This document shows, piece by piece, positions 39,739 through 50,100 of a stretch of 64,000 bases of DNA (the first letter of the stretch is position 1; each line of letters opens with the position of its first letter). The notes under the pieces are model-generated. The model ran no database searches. It was not told the DNA's origin and saw only the letters and a list, made by a program, of their open reading frames with translations. Origin of the DNA: an uncultured virus (IMG/VR IMGVR_UViG_3300038321_000417) (Duplodnaviria; Heunggongvirae; Uroviricota; Caudoviricetes); the IMG/VR virus record IMGVR_UViG_3300038321_000417. One strand, written 5' to 3'. The translations under genes and the position numbers were made by a program.

Positions 39739-41016
39739 CTAAATTTTAAAATCCGTGTTTACTTCTATACCATTAAATATTTCTAATATGTCGCCAGGTT
39801 CTGCCTCACGTGATAAATCAATTAAATTAGATTCCTGTTTCTTGTGTCTCTTAAAGTAATTTTGATTTGCAATATAGTCTTCAGCTAGTTTATCCGCCTT
39901 ATCTGTTTGTATTTCCTCTTCTCTTGTGTCTACTCCAATCCCCATCATTTTCATACCGAACATTAACAGTTTTATTTCATCTGAAACGTTTTCTCTTTGC
40001 ATTTCAACTAAGTTACTAAATAGAGTAAAAAACTCCTGTAGTGATACCCCTTTGAATACTGTCGTGTACTCTTTTAACTCATCCCTCGTAAACAAATCAT
40101 TCTTGCCTACATTATTAACTATGTAAAGCCCGTTTTTACAATATTCTAAAAAACTGTTCATGTACAAGGAATGGTCGTTTATTTCCGATACCCATCTGAT
40201 ATAAGGTTGAATTTTTTTGTCACGAACGTAAGAAACTACTTTTAAGAAGTCGCTTGTACTGATTATTTCTAAGCAATCCTTTACTGCCTGTTCGCTTACG
40301 TTTCCCTGTTCCTTTACAACCTTATCTAAAAAATTCAGCGCATCCCTTATAATTTGATCAGACTTCTTAGCAATTAAAAAAAGTCCATCTTTTTCATAAG
40401 GTATGTCTTTTATGTCACATATATCCTTTAACCTTTTACACAACTCCTTAATGTTGGGCTTCGTTACAGTGTAAATCTCTTGACACCTATTTTGTATCGT
40501 ATCTAATACTAACTTTCTATCAGTAGTACAAAATATAAATATTAGATGTGGTGGTGGTTCTTCTATTAGCTTTAAGAACCTTGTTTGTGCGTTAGCTTTT
40601 ACAATGTGAAATTCATCCAGAATATATATTTTATACTTAGTAAAGTCCGGAATTAAAGCGTTTTCAAGTAAATTATCTATTGCCTTTTTATTGTCATCAA
40701 TTGATGAGTCAACCTCATATATTCCACTAGGGGCTACCCCTGTTTCTATGTATTCATCAATGCTCCTACAAGTGTCACATACTCCACACGCCCCATCTTC
40801 TGTGACATGTTCACATAAGTATTCTTTTGTCATCATCCTTGCAAATGTTGTTTTTCCACACCCCGTAATACCCTCTATCATTACTACTTGCGGTAATGTT
40901 TTTTTACGTACACTGTTATAAAAAGAACGTACCATTGCAGCATTACCTATGTAATCGGACACTCTCTTAGGTCTAAATTCCCTTGTTAACGGTAAATTAT
41001 CATGTTCTTCGTACAA
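39739..41016 (-). CDS. dnaX: DNA polymerase III gamma/tau-like clamp-loader subunit
   Basis: FRPKRVSDYIGN, GITGCGKTT, C..ACGVCDTC, ILDEFH, LKLIEEPP, TIQNRC; TTG 41016 with GAGGTGG. Confidence 0.9.
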   Translation of the reverse strand: MYEEHDNLPLTREFRPKRVSDYIGNAAMVRSFYNSVRKKTLPQVVMIEGITGCGKTTFARMMTKEYLCEHVTEDGACGVCDTCRSIDEYIETGVAPSGIYEVDSSIDDNKKAIDNLLENALIPDFTKYKIYILDEFHIVKANAQTRFLKLIEEPPPHLIFIFCTTDRKLVLDTIQNRCQEIYTVTKPNIKELCKRLKDICDIKDIPYEKDGLFLIAKKSDQIIRDALNFLDKVVKEQGNVSEQAVKDCLEIISTSDFLKVVSYVRDKKIQPYIRWVSEINDHSLYMNSFLEYCKNGLYIVNNVGKNDLFTRDELKEYTTVFKGVSLQEFFTLFSNLVEMQRENVSDEIKLLMFGMKMMGIGVDTREEEIQTDKADKLAEDYIANQNYFKRHKKQESNLIDLSREAEPGDILEIFNGIEVNTDFKI

Positions 41017-41050
41017 AGTAACCACCTCAACCTTTAAAAAATTAATAAGA

Positions 41051-41079
41051 AAGGACAAGGTCTTATGAACCCTGTCCTT
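41051..41079 (-). terminator. Rho-independent terminator
   Basis: Minus strand AAGGACAGGG...CCTTGTCCTT then TCTTATT. Confidence 0.75.
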
Positions 41080-41118
41080 ACTTTATTTAAAGTTATGCAC
41101 TTTATGTCGTCTTGCAGA

Positions 41119-41850
41119 TTACTTTGATGCTGAAAACTTCGAGTTGTAGTAGCTTCTGAAACCTGCGGCAATGTTTTTGAGATTGTCTGCGTCTTTGGTT
41201 TTGGAAGAAGTTGAACCAACCCTGCCAAGTCCTGCGCCACGTCTCTTTTCGTATAAGCTGTTGAATTTTTCCTTATACTCAGGTAGACAAACCCACGCTT
41301 CACCCTCTTTTTTGTCAATGAGTTTCATTTGATGTTTGATTGCAACGTCTGTCATTGAGCTTAGAAGAGGTGTAATTCCGGTTTTCTGGTTTGAACGGAA
41401 CTGCAACTTTTTGTCTCCAATTATAAGGGAAACTTCCGGTCTTGAACCAAGTAAGCCGATTTCTGTTCTGGTAAGAATAACAACTTCACCTGCTTTAACA
41501 GGTCTGGCAACTACTTGACCCTCTATAATTTCCTCAACTTCAAAGTCGATTTCACTAGAGGATACTTCATAGCCAACAATTGTTGCTTCCATTGTCTTTT
41601 CTCCGCCAATGACGGTTTTCTGTGGGAACTTGTTTGCTCCAAGAGGAATAGCGTTAAGTTTATCAGACCAAATGCCCTCTAATGATTTTTGTTCTTCTGT
41701 CAAGTTTGCCCTGATTGTCTTACCTTGTCTTGCCATTCTTTCAGCTAACGACATTTTTTTAGCAGAAACAGCCTCTTCAACTTTTTCTGCGCTCTGCTCG
41801 ATTACCTCTTCTGCTACTGGTTGCATAGGTGTTTTAACTTTTACTGCCAT
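41119..41850 (-). CDS. Hypothetical protein, monocistronic, probably abundant
   Basis: ATG 41850 with GAGGT RBS; own promoter and terminator. Confidence 0.75.
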   Translation of the reverse strand: MAVKVKTPMQPVAEEVIEQSAEKVEEAVSAKKMSLAERMARQGKTIRANLTEEQKSLEGIWSDKLNAIPLGANKFPQKTVIGGEKTMEATIVGYEVSSSEIDFEVEEIIEGQVVARPVKAGEVVILTRTEIGLLGSRPEVSLIIGDKKLQFRSNQKTGITPLLSSMTDVAIKHQMKLIDKKEGEAWVCLPEYKEKFNSLYEKRRGAGLGRVGSTSSKTKDADNLKNIAAGFRSYYNSKFSASK

Positions 41851-41979
41851 GTTTTTTAACCTCACTCTCACAAATTTTTTATTTAGAACGGATAGGATAA
41901 TCCCACCGAATCTATTCTTATTATCTGCACCATTTCAAGGTTCGTTAGGGTGCTATAACTTTCCTAACCTCTAAGTATA

Positions 41980-42008
41980 ATTCTACTCTCTTTTTCAAAA
42001 TATGTCAA
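41980..42008 (-). promoter_or_regulatory. Sigma-A-type promoter
   Basis: TTGACA (42008-42003), 17 bp, TAGAAT (41985-41980), A-tract upstream. Confidence 0.75.
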
Positions 42009-42026
42009 GCTTTTTTTAAAAATATT

Positions 42027-42473
42027 TTAATTATTTTTTGCGAAATTAATATAAAACTCCCCTAAAACATCTGACAAAAATATTTGTATATTTAATTTAT
42101 CCCTAACAGCCGCCCGATCGTAAGATTCTCTGTCGACTTCTATGTCTAAAATAAAACTCTCTGTACCTAACACCACATTGCCAGATAAATAGTAATGTAT
42201 TTGTTTTCCTTTCAAATAAACTTCTCTTTTTGTAACTAAAAACTCAACTTCCCGAAAGTCCTCAATATCAGGTGGCTCACTTAACCTGATACCCCTTTGG
42301 GTACTTTGGATTGTACTCTTAATTTGATTGTCCTTATTTTCATTGGAAGTTATTTGTTGAGTCTGACTGCCTCGCACATCCTCTGTCTCTGGTTTGTACG
42401 CTACTTTAACTATAACTAGACTTATTATTACAATAACAACGAATATCGCTAAAGTAATCCATTTTATTTTCAT
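42027..42473 (-). CDS. Single-TM membrane protein
   Basis: MKIKWITLAIFVVIVIISLVIVK; GGTGGT RBS. Confidence 0.7.
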   Translation of the reverse strand: MKIKWITLAIFVVIVIISLVIVKVAYKPETEDVRGSQTQQITSNENKDNQIKSTIQSTQRGIRLSEPPDIEDFREVEFLVTKREVYLKGKQIHYYLSGNVVLGTESFILDIEVDRESYDRAAVRDKLNIQIFLSDVLGEFYINFAKNN

Positions 42474-42547
42474 GTTACCACCCCACGGATTTGTAAAAGG
42501 CACTATCCTTACTCCGATAGTGCCTTTTACGTTTGTTAAGTCACATA

Positions 42548-43402
42548 TTAGACCGCAAGTGAAGATGTTTCAGTGTTATAATTGAATACCACTTCGCCAT
42601 TACGAATAACTTTTATAAAGTCACCCTCAATGACATAACCATCTTTGCCGTCTTTTGAAGCTCTGTAAGTCTTCTTAATTAGACTAGGTACTTTCGACAA
42701 AACCTTAACGCCAAGCAACTTGTGAACAGCAATTCTCTTGTAAAGAACATCAACAATTGTCTCTTCCTCATAAAGAGATTTTAATTGGTTAAGCTCTCTG
42801 TCAATTTCCATTTCAATTCCAAAATGAATTTCACCTTGTTGTTCCAACTCACTTTTACGTGCAAGCCATGTACTAGCAAAGTTAATTGCATTTTGCGGTG
42901 CTACAATGAAAACAACTTTATTATTTTCAAGTGCTGCCAAGTCCTTACCGGAGTCATCAACCACATAGCTGATTTCTCTTTTAGGATTGTTTAGTTCTGC
43001 CATAATCCCATTAAGTACAACAACATTGGTCTCTGCCGCTTCTGTGTACATTTTTGCAATTATGAAGTTTTCAATAAAATCACATACCTGGTCTATAACG
43101 TTCTTTTCCCAAACGTTAAATATACGCTTTTCCTTTTTCCCTTTGCAGGTTAAAGTGAGTGTAAGAGAATCTACTTTACCGTTACTGTCCTCATAATACC
43201 GGTATGTATACAGGCGAATATCTCCCAACACATACAAAGAAAATAGGTAATCCTCAAAGTCCTCAATAACAGTACGATTCTCATAATCAATGACTTTCTT
43301 TTCTTTCATGTCCTGCCTCTTATCCTTTGCGGCAAGCATGAAAACTTGAATGTTTTTGTCTAACATAGATGTGGTTATGATTTCATTACTCAAGTTTCTC
43401 AC
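42548..43402 (-). CDS. Hypothetical protein
   Basis: 284 aa, GTGA overlap, AAAGGA RBS. Confidence 0.75.
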   Translation of the reverse strand: MRNLSNEIITTSMLDKNIQVFMLAAKDKRQDMKEKKVIDYENRTVIEDFEDYLFSLYVLGDIRLYTYRYYEDSNGKVDSLTLTLTCKGKKEKRIFNVWEKNVIDQVCDFIENFIIAKMYTEAAETNVVVLNGIMAELNNPKREISYVVDDSGKDLAALENNKVVFIVAPQNAINFASTWLARKSELEQQGEIHFGIEMEIDRELNQLKSLYEEETIVDVLYKRIAVHKLLGVKVLSKVPSLIKKTYRASKDGKDGYVIEGDFIKVIRNGEVVFNYNTETSSLAV

Positions 43403-44076
43403 TCCTTTATCAATTTAACTAATGTTAATGTATTACTTAGCTCAAAAAGGAACAGTGTCCCGTTTCGAGAAGTTGTTAATAATGGTTTGTTATCGTATTT
43501 GCCAAATAGGTTAAACCCATTTAAATCCTGTACCCTTGACTTCCCTTTTAAAGATATACACTTTATGTAGTTTTCAGTTTCTACCACTGCAAAATTTCCA
43601 AGTATAACTGCTTTTAATAAGTGTAAGTCTCTTAAATCTATACTGTATAAATCAAATTTAAAAATAAACTTTTCAAGTCTTACTGCATCACAATCCTGTT
43701 CGTAATATGGCGCTAAAGGAATAGCCCTTAAAATAGGTGTCTTTATGTTCATGTTTTCAGCGTAATCCTTAACCAATTTTCCGTTTGCTAGAAATAATAA
43801 CTTTTTGTCCCTCATTTCAACAGGTGGTTCATCTTTATAATCAATATGTATAATATAAGCCCCCTTTTCTGTCAGAATCATGTTAGGATGAACCGCAATA
43901 AATAGCTTGTCCTTTGATACTTTTAATTGATACAAAATATTGTATTCTACTGTATCTCCTAATGTTTCTTTAGCTTTTTCCCTGTCATCAGAATTATTGG
44001 ATAAGTCTAAATTTGCTATTTTAGGTAGTATATCTAACGAATATGGTTTGTCGCTACCCTCTATTAAAAATTTCAA
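43399..44076 (-). CDS. Hypothetical protein
   Basis: 225 aa, AAGGAGG RBS, overlapping neighbours. Confidence 0.75.
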   Translation of the reverse strand: MKFLIEGSDKPYSLDILPKIANLDLSNNSDDREKAKETLGDTVEYNILYQLKVSKDKLFIAVHPNMILTEKGAYIIHIDYKDEPPVEMRDKKLLFLANGKLVKDYAENMNIKTPILRAIPLAPYYEQDCDAVRLEKFIFKFDLYSIDLRDLHLLKAVILGNFAVVETENYIKCISLKGKSRVQDLNGFNLFGKYDNKPLLTTSRNGTLFLFELSNTLTLVKLIKE

Positions 44077-45023
44077 CTCTTATCCTCCTTTTTATCTATC
44101 TTTTTTATATATGTCGATATTTTATTTGACATGGTCTGTAATACATTAGCCATTGTATCTGCTACCCTGTCTTCAAATATAACAGGCTTTCCAAACGCTT
44201 TTAACTCAAAGTCTGGAAAATCTACCGATGTGTCAAACTCTGATGTGTCTATTGCCACATCCTTTTTAATACCCTCTTTTTTACCACTTTTTTCAGTCTT
44301 ATGCTTTTCAAGCACGTTTATTGTGTCAAAGAAACTCCCTATTTCCTCAGATTCATCCCCCTCTGGTTCTTCTTCCTCAATTATTATGTCACCGAATTCT
44401 TCGTATTCTTCATCTTCCTCTACCAATAAGTCACTATCTTCTATTTCAAGTTCGTCATATTCTTCTTCATATTCTACTACAACGTCACTATCGCCGATAA
44501 CCTGTTCATCTTCTCCATCACTTATGTCGGCGAATTCATTGAAATCTTTTGACTTATTAAATAAACTATCAAACTCACTTTCATCATAGGTTTCATCCTC
44601 AGAATCTATGTCTTCCTCATATTCATTTTCGTCAAAAGAATCTGCACTCTCGTTATTCTTACCCTTATTGTTTGTACTAAAGAAACTGTCCAACTCGTCA
44701 CTATCGTATTCTTCGGTATATTCGCCATAATCGTCTGTTTCTTCTTCCTCTTCCTCTGTTTCACTGTTTACTTCATATAAGTCTTCTATAAAAAATGGAT
44801 CTATGTCGTCCTCGTCATCTTCCTCATACTCTACTTCGCCACCTGCTATTTTATAATACTCAACATATTTGAATAAGTCAGATAAATATTCAAGGGTACA
44901 TAGACACTGATCTTTATCGCTGTAAAAACTTTCTTCTAAAAAATCAAGTATCTTTGATATATCCTCTATGTATCCACTATAATTTATAAGTTTATCCCTC
45001 ACTATTTCAAACATATAAACCAC
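44073..45023 (-). CDS. Extremely acidic low-complexity protein
   Basis: Long E/D/Y/F-rich tract with repeated EYDxxE(L/F)DSxF units. Confidence 0.75.
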   Translation of the reverse strand: MVYMFEIVRDKLINYSGYIEDISKILDFLEESFYSDKDQCLCTLEYLSDLFKYVEYYKIAGGEVEYEEDDEDDIDPFFIEDLYEVNSETEEEEEETDDYGEYTEEYDSDELDSFFSTNNKGKNNESADSFDENEYEEDIDSEDETYDESEFDSLFNKSKDFNEFADISDGEDEQVIGDSDVVVEYEEEYDELEIEDSDLLVEEDEEYEEFGDIIIEEEEPEGDESEEIGSFFDTINVLEKHKTEKSGKKEGIKKDVAIDTSEFDTSVDFPDFELKAFGKPVIFEDRVADTMANVLQTMSNKISTYIKKIDKKEDKS

Positions 45024-45098
45024 TCTCGCCTACCTCTATTAAAAAATTGTCCTTATTTTTTCTTTATTATCCCACCCATACTAACTTTTTGTGACAGA

Positions 45099-45123
45099 AA
45101 AATACCCTATGTTTATAGGGTAT
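45099..45123 (-). terminator. Rho-independent terminator
   Basis: ATACCCTAT-GTTT-ATAGGGTAT with A tail. Confidence 0.65.
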
Positions 45124-45175
45124 CTAAAATAAAATTAAAAGAGAAATTTATGTAAATGGAGAATCTCAAAAATAC

Positions 45176-47002
45176 TTAAACCACTTTTGTGTATATCGCC
45201 TGTATGCCTAACGGTTTATACGACCTAAACAGTGTTGCCTTTCCAGATTCCATCACTTCTGGTGTTATTGTTAACGTGAAGCCTGAAATGTTTCCAGAGT
45301 CCTTACGCTTCTTAACAGCAGGTCTTGACACCTCAAACCTATCTTTCAATTCTTGTAACATGTGATTTAAGGCTCTTTGCAAGTTCGTCTTTGCTTCAAC
45401 TAGTGTCTTACACTGCCTAATGCTAATGCCCGCTTCTTTTGCAATGTGCCCGTAAATTGACATGTCCTCTGTCTTTAACAATTCCAGGTAATTTTCAAGT
45501 ATGCTAATGTTTTTTGAAAGCAATGTGTTAGCTTGTACTGATCTCCATGTTAAGCCGTATACTTTATCTACAATGGAGCTATTTTTAGTAAATGCCGTTC
45601 TCTCAAATGTTCCGTCTACTTTTCTGTAATCTATGACGACACAATTTTCTCTTGCTAAAGCATTAACAAATTCCAGCTTGTCCTCAATCTGTTTAAACTC
45701 TTTAGTGTAGTCCACTAAATCAGTAGTCATATTCACTCCCCTACCCGACATTAAGTCATCTGCAACACTTTCTGTTAATACTGTTGCTATAACTCTGTAT
45801 GCCTTTGTATCCAGAATGATTGCAGATTCCTCTGTTGATCCAAAATACTCATTTAGTTTCTTGCCTATGATTGTAGGTATTATGCGCTTGTCATTAACAG
45901 AATTTATAAATCCTTGCATAACTCCCACTTGTTCTGGATATTCTTTTCCTAGTACTTCAACCAGCTTTAGTTGTGTGTCAAGGGCATTTTCTTCTTCATC
46001 AAGTAACAAATTAACAAGCACATACCTTGCACCCGAAATTCTTTTTGTGACTACTGATGCCTTACTGTTTTGAGATACCTCTCTTGGATTTAATATTGAA
46101 AACTCTAAAATTTTAGTAATGTTTACTGCACGTACTCCTTGATCGTCAGCAGGTAAATCAATCTCAGGAAGTTTAATGTAACCTCTGTGGTAGATCCGCT
46201 TCTCTTTTATGTAAGATTCAGCAACCCTGTCAACTCTATCTTTGTCGTTAAATAATCCCATTAAAATGTCTTTGTTTACAGTCATACGTGCTACACGTAC
46301 CGAACAATCCCTTTTAAGGTATACAAAGTTAACTAAATATTTTTCAGCAATAGCCTGGTAAAGTCTTGCTACACTTAAAAATGTTTTATAAGGACATATC
46401 GCTGTAAATAGCATGTTCTCTACACCACCATTATCAATTTCCAAAGTGTACTCTATCTGATTAAATCTAAATGTGTACCTTGTTGTAGGATCGGCATTTA
46501 CCCTGTTTCCTTTGTAATCTACTGACGGATTTAGTTTGTCTGCGGGGTAAGTGTAGTTTATTAATTTTTCTTGCAAATCTTTTCTTGCTTTAACGGTGTC
46601 AAACTCTTTCAAACTTTTACCCCTTATCACACAACTAGTAAAGCCTTTTACTGTTCTTTCTTCAATGTAGCATTGTACTGCTGAAAGCATGTAGCAACAG
46701 GCTAAAAACTTAAAACCTGTGTTGTTGCACATGTTTAAGGGTATTGTTATGCCCAGGTTCTTTTGTAACTTCATAGCAAATAAAATTCCTAGCCCCAGAT
46801 ACATAGGATAGTTTGGCTTTACCCGAAACGCCGCTTTTGGGTTAGGGTAAAACACTACGTCCAAATATTCTTTTTCTGATAAGAAATCCGATACCGGCAA
46901 ATGTAAGCAATCAAAGAATTCTGTAGGAACACGATGCCTTATACTATCTACAATCATTTTGTCTACCTTTAGGTTTATGTCTGAAAATTTAAACACTCTC
47001 AA
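45176..47002 (-). CDS. Protein with two WYL_2/DUF2693-like SH3-barrel modules
   Basis: VNFVYLKRDCSVRVARMT and VVIDYRKVDGTFERTAFT, each followed later by VRAVNI / FRSYK closing strand. Confidence 0.55.
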   Translation of the reverse strand: MRVFKFSDINLKVDKMIVDSIRHRVPTEFFDCLHLPVSDFLSEKEYLDVVFYPNPKAAFRVKPNYPMYLGLGILFAMKLQKNLGITIPLNMCNNTGFKFLACCYMLSAVQCYIEERTVKGFTSCVIRGKSLKEFDTVKARKDLQEKLINYTYPADKLNPSVDYKGNRVNADPTTRYTFRFNQIEYTLEIDNGGVENMLFTAICPYKTFLSVARLYQAIAEKYLVNFVYLKRDCSVRVARMTVNKDILMGLFNDKDRVDRVAESYIKEKRIYHRGYIKLPEIDLPADDQGVRAVNITKILEFSILNPREVSQNSKASVVTKRISGARYVLVNLLLDEEENALDTQLKLVEVLGKEYPEQVGVMQGFINSVNDKRIIPTIIGKKLNEYFGSTEESAIILDTKAYRVIATVLTESVADDLMSGRGVNMTTDLVDYTKEFKQIEDKLEFVNALARENCVVIDYRKVDGTFERTAFTKNSSIVDKVYGLTWRSVQANTLLSKNISILENYLELLKTEDMSIYGHIAKEAGISIRQCKTLVEAKTNLQRALNHMLQELKDRFEVSRPAVKKRKDSGNISGFTLTITPEVMESGKATLFRSYKPLGIQAIYTKVV

Positions 47003-47058
47003 TCACCGCCATTTCTTTTTTATGTTTTTTATAAATGTTAGTCGCTATTTTAAATTAC

Positions 47059-47105
47059 AAAAATAGTGCGAAAGTCCCTCTATGTGAACCAACGCACTAT
47101 TTTTT
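47059..47105 (-). terminator. Rho-independent terminator
   Basis: AAAAATAGTGCG...CGCACTATTTTT. Confidence 0.75.
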
Positions 47106-47120
47106 ATGCTAAAATTTCGG

Positions 47121-50100
47121 TTAGTAATCGCTTGTTGTTGTGTCTGATATGATGAACCTGCGGTAAAAGCCTGTATCATCCACAGTCATTCCTATTCCAA
47201 AAGGTTTTCCCATTATAGTGAATGTTTGTGCAGGTACTATGTCGTAATAAAACTCTGCTCTGTATCCCTCTCTAAACTGGTCTGTGAACTCCCCTGTATC
47301 AGGTCCAATATCGAAAGGCAATATTCCTGATGCAAAAGGTTTAGTTAAAGTAACTGTTGTCACATATCTAACAATTTCAAGCGTACCTGTTGTCTGTTCA
47401 TTATACCAGTTACCCTCTCCGCTATTCTTCTGTAGGGCATTTAACAGCCTACTATTACTGCCTGATAGCTCCATTTGATCTAATGTTGTAGCAGGTAAAG
47501 CAGGTGATGTTGTTACGTCGTTAATGTAGCCTACATCATATACCTTAGTTGTAGGTGCAGATTTAGTTTTTTCAATCACAGCATTAAACTTAAACTGAGA
47601 TGCAAAGTTATTTATCATTTGACCCTCTAGTTTAAATTTTAAAGTGGTAGGTATTGCTGACATGAATGAGTTTACAAATGCCTGATGCATGGATAATGAG
47701 GTGTCGGTAGGATTACCCCACGCTGAACTGTATGCCGCTTTTACTCTTAAAAAGTACGAAGTTAATGTGAATGTTTTAGGAGTAATACTCTCAAGTGAAA
47801 AAGCACTTCCAGATGGTAACACACCATCATACCCCGATATTCTCCCATTTAAGGCTTTTGCTTTAGCGTCCCTTGCATAAGGTGCATTAAGTACTAAATT
47901 TTCGTTATGTATAGCAGTAGTACTGATAGAATGTACAGTAACAGGTGTTAACACTCTCCTGACTTCCCCCACAACATAAGCTGTACCCTCTGATCCTGAT
48001 GTAGTGTAATACTTCATAGGTACTTCGGGATAAAAGTATATAGGTGTAGGTGAAGTTATCCTATAAGTTGTGGTACTTCCACTTTTACTTGAATCGTACA
48101 CAGGTGTGTTAATAACTGACTTTGTTGTAGGCACAAACGTCTTCACAGCCAAATTAATATTCTGTCTAGGTAATGTTGGCACTGAAAATGATGTGTACAG
48201 ATTGAATACATTGGAAAATAGTCCTCTATCAAAAATTCGTTTCCATCTTATTTTATTGTCTTGCGTCACTAAGTCAATGTAACTTGTAGTAGAGCCTGAT
48301 GGTTTACGAACATTAACAGGTCTATTATTGCAAGGAAACAGGTTTAATGGAAAAGAAGCTCCAGAACCTTTCCAACTTGCTAGTGTAGGTAAATCCCCAT
48401 ATCCACTCCTTGAAAAGAGTAACGTAGTATCTATGCCTGACATTGTTAAGTCTGTAAAACTTGTACTCGACTTAAATTTTTCTGTGTTTAAGGCATTATG
48501 TATTAATTCAGGCATGCTCTCTGTTGACCGTACCCCATACTCTTCATAATTGTCGAATAGATTATTGTAAGTATCTTTAAACGTATATGTATGAGTATAA
48601 TCTCTTATTTCTAAAAAGTCTAAATCATCTATACAATCCCAACGCTTGTCAGTTCCCGCATACGGAGTGGATGTAGGCAAATCCCCATACCTGTCAGAAC
48701 CAGACGGTGAACATGTCTCAACGTACTCTCCCTGGTCTACCCAACCGTACTTGTCAGGGATGCGACTACATGTGAATACCTCGTATTCGGCAAGCGTCTC
48801 ACTAAGATCCTTAACATGTACATAGCTCCTGTAAATGCTGTCTGGTGGGGGTCCTGTGATTCTAGAACAGGTGATAGTCCCGATACTTTTTTTCTCAGTT
48901 AAATGTTCCGCTTCAATTACTTCCCATGCCTGTAACTCATACTCTCTCCACGTGTAATCATCAGAATTAGTTATATAACTATGTGAATCACCTTTTGATG
49001 AATCCCACGATACCCCATTGTATGACTTAGGTAAATTCATGGAAGTTGTGTCAGTTGTCTCACTTATAGATGCTGTTCTTGAACCTGATGTAGGTGAGTA
49101 CGAATTTTTGCTAACCGTAAACGTATTAAAATTACCGCCAGTTAATTGAGGATAATACCTTGTAAGCATATTTTCTTCTATTGTATAATCCCCTGACACT
49201 ATAGGTGTGCTCGGCATATCTTGTTGATATGAAACGACTATAGTTCCAACATTATTCCTGTAATTATTCACTTCTGACATGCTCTCAAACGTAAATATAT
49301 GTTTGCCATTTTGATTTACCCAGTAAGGTCTAGATGATGTATGAAAGAAATCTCTATCTCCTGTATCCGATATGTAATTCTCATAAGTCGACACTGTTAC
49401 TTCTGAACCGTTTGGAGATTCAGCTATTATTGCAACAGGTGAATACCCTGTTCTGTAACTATACCCTTTTATTGCTCCAACAACGCTGTTACTTCCTGAT
49501 TCATGTGTATCAGAGATTACCGATTGTTTTAATACATGCTCTATACCACCAAAGTTATACAATGTCGATTTTGTTACAGAGCCTATACTTGCAATCGGTT
49601 CTCTTTGTTTAGTACCGTCTAGTAAATTATATTCAGCAACAACTTTCATTGTTAAGTCCATAACATCCATTGTCTCAAATTCAAATTCTATTACTAGAGG
49701 ATTGTCGCTATTTAAAGCATGTGCGCCTGACCACAAATTGAATATATGCGATAAATTCTCATTTATATTCGCCCCATATAAAGGCGCATAAACTTCATCT
49801 GCTGTAGTGGGATTGTAAAATCTAAACCTCATAGAGGTCAAACTCAAGTGAAATTCTCCCATCCATGTAGGTGAAGATGCGGATTTTACCCTTACTTTTA
49901 GTGTCTTTGTAAAGGACATATTGTCAGAAGAATTTATGAACGGTGAACCTAAATAATAGGGGATACATAATGCCCCTTTTAAAGTCCTGTTTTCTAGCTT
50001 GAAATGATTCCTTGTTAACGCTGTAGACGCTCCTATTTCTTCCTGTTTGTCACTAGGTAATGATCTAAAGGCGGTCATGTCAACAAACATTGGTTCTGCT

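Noticed and set aside
41034..41318. 94-aa minus-strand ORF
   Set aside because: Alternate frame overlapping the 41119 gene and its terminator
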